64,000 nt of DNA, from contig CAWFKH010000003.1 of the NCBI GenBank assembly GCA_963816355.1, positions 416,001-480,000 on the forward strand, in the 5' to 3' direction. The stretch comes from an uncultured Gemmatimonadales bacterium (GTDB lineage Bacteria > Gemmatimonadota > Gemmatimonadetes > Longimicrobiales > RSA9). A program made the position numbers and the translations under genes. Shown piece by piece: positions 35,513 through 49,383 of this stretch (the stretch's first letter is position 1; each line of letters opens with the position of its first letter). The notes beneath the pieces were generated by a model. The model ran no database searches, was not told where the DNA came from, and saw nothing but the letters and a program-made list of their open reading frames with translations.

Positions 35513-36621
35513 GCGTGCCGAACGCGGTCGGATGGGGGCCGGACCGCCGCACCGTCGAGCTGCTCGACCAGACCCGGCTGCCCGAGACCGAGGCGCGGCT
35601 GCTGCTGCGCGACGCCGCCGAGGTGGCCGAGGCGATCCGCTCGCTGCGCGTGCGCGGCGCGCCGGCGATCGGCATCGCCGCCGCGCTGGGCGTGGCCGCG
35701 GAGGTTGCACGCGCCGTGGCGTACGGGCACGACGACGCGGCGGCGCTCGACGCGCGCGTCGAGCGCGCGATCGCGGCTCTGGCGGCGACGCGGCCGACCG
35801 CGGTCAACCTGCGCTGGGCGCTGGATCGCGTGCGGCGGCGCTACGCGGCGGAGCGCGCCGCGGGAGCCGACCCGGCGCGCGTGGCCTCCGCGGTGCGCGA
35901 GGAGGCGGATGCGATCCTGGAGGAGGACCGCGCGATGTGCCGCGCCATCGGCGCGTACGCGCTGCAGCTGCTTCCGGCGGAGCGGCCCCGCCTGCTGACG
36001 CACTGCAACGCCGGCGCGCTGGCGACCGGGGGCATCGGCACGGCGCTCGCCGCGGTCCACCTGCTCCAGGAGCGGGGCGGCCGTCCGGTCGTCTTCGTCG
36101 ACGAGACGCGGCCGGTGCTGCAGGGCAGCCGCCTCACCGCCTGGGAGCTCGCGCGGGCCGGCGTCGACGTCACGGTGATCGTGGACGCCGCCGCCGCCTC
36201 GCTGATGCGCGCCGGTGCCGTCGACGCGGTCATCGTCGGCGCGGACCGGATCGCCGCGAACGGCGACGTCGCCAACAAGATCGGCACCTACGGCCTCGCC
36301 GTGCTCGCGCGCCACCACGGCATCCCGCTCTACGTGGCGGCGCCGACGAGCACGCTGGATCCGGCGACGGCGAGCGGCGAGGAGATCGAGATCGAGGAGC
36401 GCGACGGCGACGAAGTGCGGCGCGGCTTCGGCCGCCTGACCGCACCCGCGGATGTGCGCGTGTACGCCCCGGCCTTCGACGTGACGCCGGCGGCGCTGGT
36501 CACGGCGATCGTGACGGATCGGGGCGTCGCGCGGCCGCCGTTCACGGAATCCCTGGCGCGGCTCCAGCGCGAGGAGCGGCCAACGGACGTGCAGCCGACG
36601 ACGACGCGAGCGGAGGCGTAA
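35509..36621 (+). CDS. mtnA: S-methyl-5-thioribose-1-phosphate isomerase
   Basis: VRGAPAIG, RPTAVNL, THCNAGALAT, ETRPVLQG, NKIGTY. Confidence 0.96.
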   Translation: MSVPNAVGWGPDRRTVELLDQTRLPETEARLLLRDAAEVAEAIRSLRVRGAPAIGIAAALGVAAEVARAVAYGHDDAAALDARVERAIAALAATRPTAVNLRWALDRVRRRYAAERAAGADPARVASAVREEADAILEEDRAMCRAIGAYALQLLPAERPRLLTHCNAGALATGGIGTALAAVHLLQERGGRPVVFVDETRPVLQGSRLTAWELARAGVDVTVIVDAAAASLMRAGAVDAVIVGADRIAANGDVANKIGTYGLAVLARHHGIPLYVAAPTSTLDPATASGEEIEIEERDGDEVRRGFGRLTAPADVRVYAPAFDVTPAALVTAIVTDRGVARPPFTESLARLQREERPTDVQPTTTRAEA

Positions 36622-36625
36622 GACG

Positions 36626-38152
36626 ATGGACGCGGTTCTCGCGATCGACCAGGGGACGACCGGCACGACGTGCCTCGTGCTCGACGCCGCGGGCCGCATC
36701 CTCGGCCGCGCCTACTCCGAATTCACGCAGCACTACCCGCGGCCGGGCTGGGTGGAGCACGACGCGACGGAGATCTGGGAAGTGACGCGGCGCGTCGCGG
36801 CGGAGGCGCTCGCCGCAGGCGACGTCGACGTCGCCGGCCGCTCCGGCGCGCGGCGGCCCCGTCTGGCGGCGATCGGCATCACGAATCAGCGCGAGACGGT
36901 CGTGTTGTGGGATCGGCGCACGGGTCAGCCGGTCCATCGCGCGATCGTGTGGCAGGATCGCCGCACGGCGCCGCGATGCCGCGGGCTCGTCGAGGAGGGC
37001 GCCGAAGCGCTCATCCGCGCCCGCACCGGGCTCGTGGTCGACCCGTACTTCTCCGCGACGAAGCTCGAGTGGCTGCTCGCGCGCGTGCCGGGAGCGCGCG
37101 AGCGGGCCGAGGCGGGGGAGCTCGCTGCGGGCACCGTGGACGCGTGGCTGGTGTGGAAGCTCTCCGGCGGCAGGGTGCACGCGACCGACCCCACCAACGC
37201 CTCGCGCACGCTCCTCTACGACATCGATGCGCGCGGCTGGAGCGACGAGCTGCTCTCGCTCTTCGGTGTGCCGCGGGCGCTGCTGCCGGACGTGCGGCCC
37301 TCCGCGTCGATCATCGCCGAGACGGACCCGGAGCTGTTCGGCGGCGCTGTCCCCGTCGCCGGGATCGCCGGCGACCAGCAGGCGGCGCTCTTCGGCCAGG
37401 GCTGCTGGGACGCCGGCCTCGCCAAGAACACCTACGGCACCGGCTCGTTCCTGCTGCTGAACACCGGCGCCGAGCGCGTCGCATCCGGCCGCGGCCTCCT
37501 GACGACGATCGCGTGCGACCGCGCGGGCGGCGCGTGCTACGCGCTCGAGGGCGCCGTCTTCATCGCGGGCGCGGCGGTCCAGTGGCTGCGCGACGGCCTG
37601 GGCATCATCGAGACCGCGGCGGAGACGGAGACGCTGGCGGGGACGCTCGCCTCCAACGACGGCGTCTACTTCGTGCCCGCCTTCGTCGGACTCGGGGCTC
37701 CCCACTGGGATCCGGAGGCGCGCGGCACGCTGGTCGGCGTCACGCGCGGCACCACGCGCGCCCACCTCGCCCGCGCCGCGCTGGAGGCGATGGCGTACAG
37801 CACGGCCGAAGTGCTCGACGCGATGGTCGCCGACTCGGGGATCCCCGCGCGCGAGCTGGGCGTCGACGGCGGCGCTGCGGCGAACGACTGGCTCATGCAC
37901 TTCCAGGCGGACATCCTGGGCATCCCGGTACGCCGCCCGCAGATGCTCGAGACGACCGCGCTCGGCGCCGCGGGCCTGGCCGGCCTCGCGACCGGCGTCT
38001 GGCCCGACGCCGACGCGTTCCACGGCGCGCGGCCGGAGCCGGACCGCTTCGACCCCGCGATGACGGCGCAGGATCGCCAGGCCCACCGGGCCGGCTGGGA
38101 GCGCGCGATCCGCGCGGCGCGTTCGTGGGCCGCGGAGCGCCCTCTGGAATGA
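36626..38152 (+). CDS. glpK: Glycerol kinase
   Basis: DQGTTG, GITNQRET, YFSATK, GDQQAALFG, KNTYGTG. Confidence 0.97.
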   Translation: MDAVLAIDQGTTGTTCLVLDAAGRILGRAYSEFTQHYPRPGWVEHDATEIWEVTRRVAAEALAAGDVDVAGRSGARRPRLAAIGITNQRETVVLWDRRTGQPVHRAIVWQDRRTAPRCRGLVEEGAEALIRARTGLVVDPYFSATKLEWLLARVPGARERAEAGELAAGTVDAWLVWKLSGGRVHATDPTNASRTLLYDIDARGWSDELLSLFGVPRALLPDVRPSASIIAETDPELFGGAVPVAGIAGDQQAALFGQGCWDAGLAKNTYGTGSFLLLNTGAERVASGRGLLTTIACDRAGGACYALEGAVFIAGAAVQWLRDGLGIIETAAETETLAGTLASNDGVYFVPAFVGLGAPHWDPEARGTLVGVTRGTTRAHLARAALEAMAYSTAEVLDAMVADSGIPARELGVDGGAAANDWLMHFQADILGIPVRRPQMLETTALGAAGLAGLATGVWPDADAFHGARPEPDRFDPAMTAQDRQAHRAGWERAIRAARSWAAERPLE

Positions 38153-38637
38153 GCGACGACGTGGCCGGCCGGCCCTTGCGCATCGCCGTCTGCGGCGGCG
38201 GCGCGGCGAGCGACGACGCTCTGGACGCGGCCCGCGAGGCGGGGCGCGAGCTGGCGCGCGCCGGCGCCGTCGTCCTCTGTGGCGGGCTGGGTGGCGTGAT
38301 GGAGGCGGTCGCGGAAGGCGCGCGCGCGCAGGGCGGGCTCACCGTCGGGCTGCTGCCGGGGACCAGCGCCGCCGCGGCGAACCCGCACATCGCGCTGCCG
38401 CTGCCCACCGGCCTCGGCGAGGCGCGCAACGCGGTGCTCGTGCGCGCCGCGGACGCCGTTCTCGCGATCGGCGGCGAGTGGGGGACGCTCTCCGAGGTCG
38501 CTCTCGCCATGAGGATGGGGGTCCCGGTCGTCCTGCTTCAGCCCGGCCTCACCGCCGACCTCGGGCTCGAGCAGGTCGGCACGCCCGGCGAGGCCGCCGC
38601 GAAGGTGCTCGACCTCGCCCGACGCGGGCGCCCGTGA
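38149..38637 (+). CDS. TIGR00725 / LOG-like Rossmann nucleotide-binding protein
   Basis: CGGLGGVMEA, TGLGEARN, GGEWGTLSE. Confidence 0.9.
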   Translation: MSDDVAGRPLRIAVCGGGAASDDALDAAREAGRELARAGAVVLCGGLGGVMEAVAEGARAQGGLTVGLLPGTSAAAANPHIALPLPTGLGEARNAVLVRAADAVLAIGGEWGTLSEVALAMRMGVPVVLLQPGLTADLGLEQVGTPGEAAAKVLDLARRGRP

Positions 38638-39056
38638 GCGCCCCCGCCGTCGCGGCGGCGGCTCCCTTCGTCGCCGGTCTCGTGCTCGCGCTCGGCGGCG
38701 CGATCCCGCGATCCGGCGCCGCCGCCGCGCCGCGCGCCGCGGCACCGGCGCCGCGCTTCGCGATGCCGGCCGCCTCCCCGCAGGTGAGAGCGCGCGAAGA
38801 CGACCGCTGGCTCGGCGTCGACAAGCTGAAGCACTTCTCCGCCTCCTTTGCGCTCACAGTCCTAGCGTACGCGGGGTCGCGGGCGGCGCTGCGGCACGAC
38901 GCGGCGCTCGCGGTCTCGATCTCCATCGCCGGCGCGACGGGCGCGGGCAAGGAGGTACTGGACGCCCGGCGGGGCCGCGGCTTCGGCGTCCGCGACCTGG
39001 CGTGGGACGCGCTCGGGATCGCGGCCGGAGCGACGCTCCTCGCCTCCACGCGGTGA
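38634..39056 (+). CDS. YfiM/DUF2279-like membrane protein
   Basis: DRWLGVDKLKHF, GKEVLD, RDLAWDALG. Confidence 0.8.
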   Translation: MSAPAVAAAAPFVAGLVLALGGAIPRSGAAAAPRAAAPAPRFAMPAASPQVRAREDDRWLGVDKLKHFSASFALTVLAYAGSRAALRHDAALAVSISIAGATGAGKEVLDARRGRGFGVRDLAWDALGIAAGATLLASTR

Positions 39057-39119
39057 GGCGGGCGGCCGCGGTCTCCGGGACCGGTTTCGGCCCCCTCCGG
39101 ATTTGACTAACTTGCACGC

Positions 39120-39392
39120 ATGCAGATCCTGATCATCGTCCTCGTCGCGGCGATCGCGCTCGCGGCGGTGCTGTACCCGCTCCTCAGGCCGAGCGCGCGC
39201 GACGTCGCGGTGGCGCCCGCGGGGCTCGACGCCGCGACGCTCGACGCGGAGCTCGAGCGCTATCGCGCGGCGCTCCGCTCCGGCACGCTCTGTCTGAGCT
39301 GCGGCGCGCCGAACCCGAAGGGGAGCCGTTTCTGCGCGCAGTGCGGGGATCGGCTGATCGCGGCGTCGGCCGTCCCGCTGGACGCGGAGTAG
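39120..39392 (+). CDS. Membrane-anchored zinc-ribbon protein
   Basis: N-terminal TM helix; CLSCG...FCAQCG. Confidence 0.8.
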   Translation: MQILIIVLVAAIALAAVLYPLLRPSARDVAVAPAGLDAATLDAELERYRAALRSGTLCLSCGAPNPKGSRFCAQCGDRLIAASAVPLDAE

Positions 39393-39574
39393 CGGCGGGC
39401 CGGCGCCTGCTCGCCGCCCGTGTCCCGGCACGCCATGGCGGCGGCGCGACCGGACCTGTCATCACACTTTCCGACGGTTTACGTTAACACGGTCGCCCGA
39501 TTGCAACGGGCGCGCTCCGATCCGCCCGTTCGCGAGCGGGGACTCCTCACATACAGCACGGGACAGGCGCGGAA

Positions 39575-40627
<1,053 letters not shown>

Positions 40628-40717
40628 GCCCCGGCGCGGAGCCGTGCGCCGCGTTCGCACCTCCCCCACGTGAGGAAAGGAGCGGCGGGCCGCGCGCCGC
40701 TCCGCCGCTCCCCATCG

Positions 40718-40777
40718 TCAGTAGCTCGACAGCCCGCCGACCACCGGCAGAACCTCTCCCGTCATGAAGCTGGAGTC
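40718..40777 (-). pseudogene. Possible 3' remnant of an SDR oxidoreductase gene
   Basis: Minus strand reads [23 protein letters not shown], the typical SDR C-terminal pattern; upstream sequence is not SDR-like. Confidence 0.5.
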
Positions 40778-41004
40778 CGGCCGCTCCGCTTCTTCCCCGT
40801 AAGACCGATCCCGCTTCGCGTCCCGCTCATTCCCACTGCTTTGCCGCCTGGGGATAGCGCGCGGAGCCCCCGCGCGGGACGCCGTCGAGAGGGGCAACGG
40901 GCGTGCCGCGTCCCTTCGCGTCCAGCCGGGGGTGCGCCTATATTCCAGCGTCCGGCGCCGGCGCTCATCCGTCGCCGCCGATCGCACACACGCACAGAGA
41001 GCCC

Positions 41005-43679
<2,675 letters not shown>

Positions 43680-43683
<4 letters not shown>

Positions 43684-44072
43684 GCGCGGCGGCCGCCCTC
43701 GCGTGGCTGGAGGAGCGCTGCGACGACGCTCCCGCCGACCTGCGCGAGGGCATGCGCAGGGCCGTCGAGGCGGCCGAGGGCGAGGGCGAGGGCCCCGGCG
43801 CCGCGAACGGCGCTCAGGCCGGCGCGGCGGCGCTGCTGGCGGACGCGGCGTTCCTCGAGCTCGCGGCGTCGCTGCGCCTCTCCGGCCGCGCGGCCGCGGC
43901 GCCGCTGCTCTCGGCGGACGCGCTGCTGACGCACGCGTACGAGGCGGCGGCGGGGGCGGATGCGCTGGACGCGCTCGCGGCGTCGCACGGCGCCGCGGCG
44001 CTCGCCACGCTTCTCGCCGCCGCGGCGCGCCCGGCGGCGGACGCGGCGGGCGGGAGCGGGCAGCGCGCGTGA
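43680..44072 (+). CDS. Hypothetical protein
   Basis: GTGA overlaps with both alaS and gmhA; LLSADALLTHAYEAAA. Confidence 0.7.
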
Positions 44073-44668
44073 TCAGCCCCGAGCTCGACCGGATCCGGGA
44101 CCACCTGGAGGGGCTCGCGCGGGTCGCCGCGAGCGTGGCCGACACGATGGCCGGCGAGATCGTCGAAGCGGCCGACATGGCCATCGATGCGATCGAGGCG
44201 GGCGGCAAGCTGCTCTTCTGCGGCAACGGCGGGTCGGCGGCGGACGCGCAGCATCTCGCGACGGAGTACGTCGTCCGCTTCCGGGTGGACCGGGAGGCGT
44301 TGCCGGCGATCGCGCTCACCACCGACACGTCGCTGCTGACCGCGGCTTCCAACGACTACGGCTTCGAGCGGGTGTTCGCGCGGCAGGTGGAGGCGCTCGC
44401 CCGTCCGGGCGACGTCCTCTTCCTCCATTCGACGTCGGGCCGCTCGCCCAACCTCCTGGCCGCCGCGCGGAGCGCACGCGAACGCGGTGTGCGCACCATC
44501 GCGCTGCTGGCGGGCGGGGGCGGCGACCTGCGCGCAGCGGTCGACCTCTCGCTGGTGGTGCCGACCGCAGTCGGCGCGCACGCGCAGGAGCTTCATCTCG
44601 CGATCGGCCATGCGATCTGCGACCTCGTCGAGCACCGGCTCGTGCTCGACAGGGAATCCGGCCCGTGA
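44069..44668 (+). CDS. gmhA: D-sedoheptulose-7-phosphate isomerase (SIS domain)
   Basis: CGNGGSAADAQH, NDYGFERVFARQ, STSGRS, QELH. Confidence 0.93.
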   Translation: MISPELDRIRDHLEGLARVAASVADTMAGEIVEAADMAIDAIEAGGKLLFCGNGGSAADAQHLATEYVVRFRVDREALPAIALTTDTSLLTAASNDYGFERVFARQVEALARPGDVLFLHSTSGRSPNLLAAARSARERGVRTIALLAGGGGDLRAAVDLSLVVPTAVGAHAQELHLAIGHAICDLVEHRLVLDRESGP

Positions 44669-45066
44669 ACCGAGCCGCGCTGGATGCCCTCGGCCGCGCC
44701 CGCGCCGCCGAGCGGGAGCAGGCGGCGTTCTACCGGGCGCTCGCGGCCGAGGCGGGCGAGGACGAAGCGCTCGCGGAGCGACTGAACGGCCTTCACGCCG
44801 ACGAGCAGCACCATCTTTCGCGGCTCACGGCGCGCCTCGTCGAGCTGGGCGAGGAGCCGGCGGCGCTCGAGGGGCCGCCGCGTCGTGCCGCGATCCTGCG
44901 GGGCTGGGAAGACGACGCGCGCCGCCTCGAGGAGGCGGAGCAACGGCGCTACGAGCGGCTTCTCGCGGCGGAGCTGGACGCGGAGACGCGGTCGCTGATC
45001 GAGGAGATCCTGCGCGTCGAGCGGCTGCACGAGGAGAAGCTGGGCGGCAAGTGGATGGGAGCGTGA
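44665..45066 (+). CDS. Ferritin-like (rubrerythrin-type) domain protein
   Basis: E..QAAFY, DEQHH, EE...Y, ERLH di-iron-type motifs. Confidence 0.8.
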   Translation: MNRAALDALGRARAAEREQAAFYRALAAEAGEDEALAERLNGLHADEQHHLSRLTARLVELGEEPAALEGPPRRAAILRGWEDDARRLEEAEQRRYERLLAAELDAETRSLIEEILRVERLHEEKLGGKWMGA

Positions 45067-45067
45067 C

Positions 45068-45829
45068 GTGGTCGGAATCGATCTGAGCGGCAGGCAGGCA
45101 CTGGTGACCGGCGGCTCGCGCGGCGTCGGCCACGCGATCGCGCTCCTCCTCGCGCAGGCGGGGGCCGACGTCGCGATCACGTACGAGCGGCGCGGCGAGG
45201 CCGCGCGGGCCGTGGTCGAGGAGCTGCAGGCGCTGGGCGTGCGCGCCTTCGCCGAGGGCGGCGACCTCGCCGACGGCGCCGTCGTCGACGCGATCTTCGC
45301 GCGGCTGGCCGAGGAGTGGGGCGGCCTCGACTTCTTCATCGGGAACGCCGGCGTATGGCCGCCGGAGGACGTCCCGATCGCCGAGATGTCGGACGCGCAG
45401 TGGCGCCGCACCCTCGCGGTGAACCTGGACGGCGTCTTCTACGGCACGCGGGCCGCCGCGCGCGTGCTGCGCGACCACGGCCGCATCGTGTTGATCGGCT
45501 CGACGGCAGGGCAGCGCGGCGAGGCGAACCATGCCGACTACGCGGCGACGAAGGGGGCGGTGATCTCGCTCGTCAAGGGGGTCGCGGTGGAGCTGGCGCC
45601 GCGCGACATCACGGTGAACTGCGTGGCGCCAGGCTGGATCGACACCGAGATGGCGGCGCTCCCTTACGCCGGCGCGGGGCGGGACAGGATCGAGCGGGGG
45701 ATCCCCCTCGGCCGCGTGGCCACTCCGGACGACATCGCCGGACCCGTGCTCTTCCTCTGCTCCCGGCTCGGTCGCCACATCACCGGCGAGATCGTCAACG
45801 TGAACGGCGGCGCGGTCCTGTGCGGGTGA
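45068..45829 (+). CDS. SDR family oxidoreductase (FabG-like)
   Basis: TGGSRGVG, NAG, YAATK, APGWIDT, ITGEIVNVNGG. Confidence 0.93.
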   Translation: MVGIDLSGRQALVTGGSRGVGHAIALLLAQAGADVAITYERRGEAARAVVEELQALGVRAFAEGGDLADGAVVDAIFARLAEEWGGLDFFIGNAGVWPPEDVPIAEMSDAQWRRTLAVNLDGVFYGTRAAARVLRDHGRIVLIGSTAGQRGEANHADYAATKGAVISLVKGVAVELAPRDITVNCVAPGWIDTEMAALPYAGAGRDRIERGIPLGRVATPDDIAGPVLFLCSRLGRHITGEIVNVNGGAVLCG

Positions 45830-45905
45830 GCCGTGCCGCGCCCGCCGCACCGCAGCTCGCGCGCGGCGGGGCGCGAGCCGGCGCGGCGTCGCGGCTGAGC
45901 GCGCG

Positions 45906-47246
45906 ATGAAGCTGGACGTTCCGGACGAGGTCGTCGCGATCACGCGGCGACTGGAGGAAGCGGGCCACTCGACCTGGGCGGTGGGCGGTGCGGTCCGGGA
46001 CGCCGTGCTCGACCTCCCCTCCGGCGACTGGGACCTGGCCACCGCCGCGCGGCCGAAGACGGTGCGCCGCCTCTTCCGTCGTACGGTTCCGATCGGCATC
46101 GAGCACGGCACCGTCGGCGTCCTGGGCCGCGACGGCGTCCTCTACGAGGTCACGACGTTCCGGCGCGACGTGGAGACGTTCGGCCGCCACGCCGTGGTCG
46201 AGTTCGCGGACCGCGTCGAGGAGGACCTCGGGCGCCGCGACTTCACCTGCAACGCGATCGCCTGGCACCCGCTGAGCGCGGAGCTGCGCGACCCGTACGG
46301 CGGCGTCGAGGACCTTCACGCGGGGCGGCTACGCACCGTCGGCGCGCCCGCGGCACGTTTCGCCGAGGACTACCTCCGTGTGTTGCGGGCGCTCCGCTTC
46401 GCGGGGCATTTCGCGCTCGAGATCGAGGCGGAGACGTGGAACGCGCTCGTCGCCGCGCTGCCCTTTCTCGACGAGCTGTCGGCCGAGCGCGTGCGCGAGG
46501 AGCTGTGGAAGGTGCTCGCCAAGACCGAGCGCGCCTCCACCACGCTCTCCCTGTACGCCGCGGCCGGGGTCACCGAGCGCCTCTACCCCGAGCTCGTGCC
46601 CCTCCTCCACATCGACGCCCCCGCCGGCCACGCGTTCGACGCCTGGGCCGAGAGCCTCCTCGCCGTCGACGCGATCCCGACCTCGCGACCGCTGCTGCGC
46701 CTCGCCGCCCTGCTCCACGCCGTCGGCATGCCCGGCGCCCGCACCCGCGACCTGCGCGGCGGCTGGCGCTACACCGGCCACCCCCTCACCGGTGCGACGA
46801 TCGCCGAGAAGATCCTGCGCCGCCTCCGCTTCGCGAACGCCGAGATCGAGCGCGTCGGCCGCCTCGTGCGGCTCCAGGAGGACCTCTTCCCGCCCGACGC
46901 GCCGCCGCCGCTCGTGCGCCGCTGGCTGCGCCACGTCGGGCCGGACCTCGCCTTCGACCTCGTCCGCCTGCGCATCGCGCTGCAGCGCGCCAACCCCGCA
47001 CGCCCGCGCGGGGGCGCCGACGTGATCGAGCGATGGCGCGCAATGCATGCCGAGCGGCTGCGTCACCCGCCGTTGCGGCTCGCCGACCTCGCCCTCCGCG
47101 GCGATGACCTGATCCGCCTGGGCCTGCGGCCGGGGCCGCGCTTCGGCGAGATCCTGGAGGCGCTGCTCTCCCGCGTCGTGGACGACCCGTCGCTGAACAC
47201 GCGCGAGCGGCTGATCGCGTTCGTGCGCGAGGAGCTCGCGACGTGA
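45906..47246 (+). CDS. cca: CCA tRNA nucleotidyltransferase (class II)
   Basis: VGGAVRD, DWDLAT, RRDFTCNA, EDYLRVLRALRF, SAERVREE, PGPRFG. Confidence 0.9.
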   Translation: MKLDVPDEVVAITRRLEEAGHSTWAVGGAVRDAVLDLPSGDWDLATAARPKTVRRLFRRTVPIGIEHGTVGVLGRDGVLYEVTTFRRDVETFGRHAVVEFADRVEEDLGRRDFTCNAIAWHPLSAELRDPYGGVEDLHAGRLRTVGAPAARFAEDYLRVLRALRFAGHFALEIEAETWNALVAALPFLDELSAERVREELWKVLAKTERASTTLSLYAAAGVTERLYPELVPLLHIDAPAGHAFDAWAESLLAVDAIPTSRPLLRLAALLHAVGMPGARTRDLRGGWRYTGHPLTGATIAEKILRRLRFANAEIERVGRLVRLQEDLFPPDAPPPLVRRWLRHVGPDLAFDLVRLRIALQRANPARPRGGADVIERWRAMHAERLRHPPLRLADLALRGDDLIRLGLRPGPRFGEILEALLSRVVDDPSLNTRERLIAFVREELAT

Positions 47247-47962
47247 ACGCGCCGTTGCTCGGCGCCGTCGTCGTGGCGATCGCGAACATCCTCGGCGGCG
47301 TGCTCGTCACGGTGCACCTGCGCGGGCGCGACGCACCGCTGCGCGTCCTCGTCGCCTTCGGCGGCGGCTTCATGCTGGCGGTGGCCCTGCTCGAGATGCT
47401 GCCGCAGGCGGCGGCCGTTCGCGGCGGGATGACCGCGGCGTTGATCGGCTACCTCGGCGTGCACCTGACGCAGCACGTGCTGACGCCCCACTTCCATTTT
47501 GGGGAAGAGACGCACGACACCGCGATGGTGTCGCGCGGCGTCGGCGGCCTCGCGCTCGTCGGCCTGCTGCCCCACTCCTTCTTCGACGGCGTCGCGATCG
47601 CGAGCGCGTTTCTCGCCGGCCGCGAGCTGGGCGTTCTCGTCTTCCTCGCCGTGCTGCTGCACAAGGTGCCGACCGGCGTCTCGCTCGCCAGCGTCATGCT
47701 CGCGAGCGGGAACACGGCGAAGGCGGCGCTGGTAGCCGTCACCGCCGTGGGGGCGGCGACGGTGCTCGGCGCCGCCGTGACGCCGGCCGTGACGCCGCTG
47801 GCGCACTACGGCCTCGCGCTCGCCGCGGGCGTGACGATCTACGTCGCCGCCTCGAACCTCATCCCGGAAAGCCAGCGTGAGCCGGGATGGCTCGTGTCGG
47901 CGGGCGTGTTCCTGGGCGTGACCGCGTTCTGGCTGGCGCGCACGTGGCTCCCGGGGAGTTGA
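47243..47962 (+). CDS. ZIP family metal transporter
   Basis: PHFHFGEETH, HSFFDG, LHKVP. Confidence 0.9.
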   Translation: MNAPLLGAVVVAIANILGGVLVTVHLRGRDAPLRVLVAFGGGFMLAVALLEMLPQAAAVRGGMTAALIGYLGVHLTQHVLTPHFHFGEETHDTAMVSRGVGGLALVGLLPHSFFDGVAIASAFLAGRELGVLVFLAVLLHKVPTGVSLASVMLASGNTAKAALVAVTAVGAATVLGAAVTPAVTPLAHYGLALAAGVTIYVAASNLIPESQREPGWLVSAGVFLGVTAFWLARTWLPGS

Positions 47963-47970
47963 GGACGAGC

Positions 47971-49383
47971 TTGGGCGAGCCGGGACTCTTCGACGGGCAG
48001 GCGAGGGACGACGCGGGCGCGGACGACGCCGCGGGCGACACTACCGGCGCGGGCGCCGCGTCCGGCCCGGATGCGGCGGCTCCGCTCGCGGCGCGCATGC
48101 GGCCTACCACCCTCGACGAATTCGTCGGGCAGGAGCACATCCTCGGCCCCGGCCGCGCGCTGCGCACGCTGATCGAGCGCGACGAGGTGGGCAGCCTCAT
48201 CCTGTGGGGACCCCCCGGAACCGGGAAGACGACCCTCGCCCGCATCATCGCCGAACGCACGCGCGCGACGTTCGTCCCCTTCAGCGCGGTCACCGAGGGC
48301 ATTCCGCGCGTACGCGAGGTGATCGCGCAGGCGGCGACTCGCCTGCGCGCCACCGGGCGCCGCACCATCCTCTTCTGCGACGAGATCCACCGCTTCAACA
48401 AGGCGCAGCAGGACGCCTTCCTGCCCCACGTCGAGGCGGGCACCATCACCCTGATCGGCGCCACCACCGAGAACCCCTCCTTCGAGGTGATCGGAGCGCT
48501 GCTCAGCCGTTCCCGCGTCTTCGTCCTCGAGCCGCTCGGAGCGGCCGATCTCGAGGCGATCCTGCGGCGCGCGCTGCAGGACGAGCAGCGCGGACTCGGC
48601 GCCCGCGCTCTCGACGTCGACGACGACGCCCTCGCCCTGCTCGCCGCGCAGGCGGACGGCGACGCGCGACGCGCGCTCAACGCGCTCGAGACCGCGGCGA
48701 CGCTCGCCGCCGGCGACGGGCGCATCGACGCGGCGCGGGTGCGGGAGGCGCTGCAGCGGCGCTTCGCGCACTACGACAAGGGCGGCGAAGAGCACTACAA
48801 CCTGATCTCGGCGCTGCACAAGGCGGTGCGGGGCAGTGATCCGCAGGGCGCGCTCTACTGGCTGGCGCGCATGCTGGAGGGCGGGGAGGACCCGCTCTAC
48901 ATCGCGCGGCGCCTCGTGCGCATGAGCATCGAGGACATCGGCCTCGCCGATCCACGCTCGCTCCAGGTCGCGCTCGGCGCGAGGGATGCGTATCACTTCC
49001 TCGGCTCCCCCGAGGGCGACCTGGCCCTCGCCGAGTGCGCGCTCTACCTGGCGACGGCGCCGAAGTCGAACCGCGCCTACGTCGGCTTCGGGCGCGCGCT
49101 CCGCTCGGCGCGGGAGAGCCCGGCCGAGCCGGTGCCGCTCCACATCCGGAACGCGCCGACACGGCTGATGAAGGAGCTCGGCTACGGCAAGGAGTACCGC
49201 TACGCGTTCGAGTCGGAGGACCATTACGCGCCGCAGGAGTATCTCCCGGATCGGCTGCGCGGCGAGCGCTACTACGAGCCGAGCGACTTCGGCTTCGAGC
49301 GACGCATCGCCGAGCGGTTGGCCTGGTGGGATGAACGACGGCGAGAGGCGACCGGTGAATCGGAGGAAGACGATGATACGTAG
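47971..49383 (+). CDS. rarA: Replication-associated recombination protein A
   Basis: PLAARMRP, GPPGTGKTT, DEIHRFNKAQQD, ISALHKAVRGSD, EDIGLADP. Confidence 0.96.
   Translation: MGEPGLFDGQARDDAGADDAAGDTTGAGAASGPDAAAPLAARMRPTTLDEFVGQEHILGPGRALRTLIERDEVGSLILWGPPGTGKTTLARIIAERTRATFVPFSAVTEGIPRVREVIAQAATRLRATGRRTILFCDEIHRFNKAQQDAFLPHVEAGTITLIGATTENPSFEVIGALLSRSRVFVLEPLGAADLEAILRRALQDEQRGLGARALDVDDDALALLAAQADGDARRALNALETAATLAAGDGRIDAARVREALQRRFAHYDKGGEEHYNLISALHKAVRGSDPQGALYWLARMLEGGEDPLYIARRLVRMSIEDIGLADPRSLQVALGARDAYHFLGSPEGDLALAECALYLATAPKSNRAYVGFGRALRSARESPAEPVPLHIRNAPTRLMKELGYGKEYRYAFESEDHYAPQEYLPDRLRGERYYEPSDFGFERRIAERLAWWDERRREATGESEEDDDT

Noticed and set aside
45906..47246. Poly(A) polymerase PcnB
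   Set aside because: Lacks the G(R/K)RF signature; it has IGIEHGT, typical of CCA-adding enzymes
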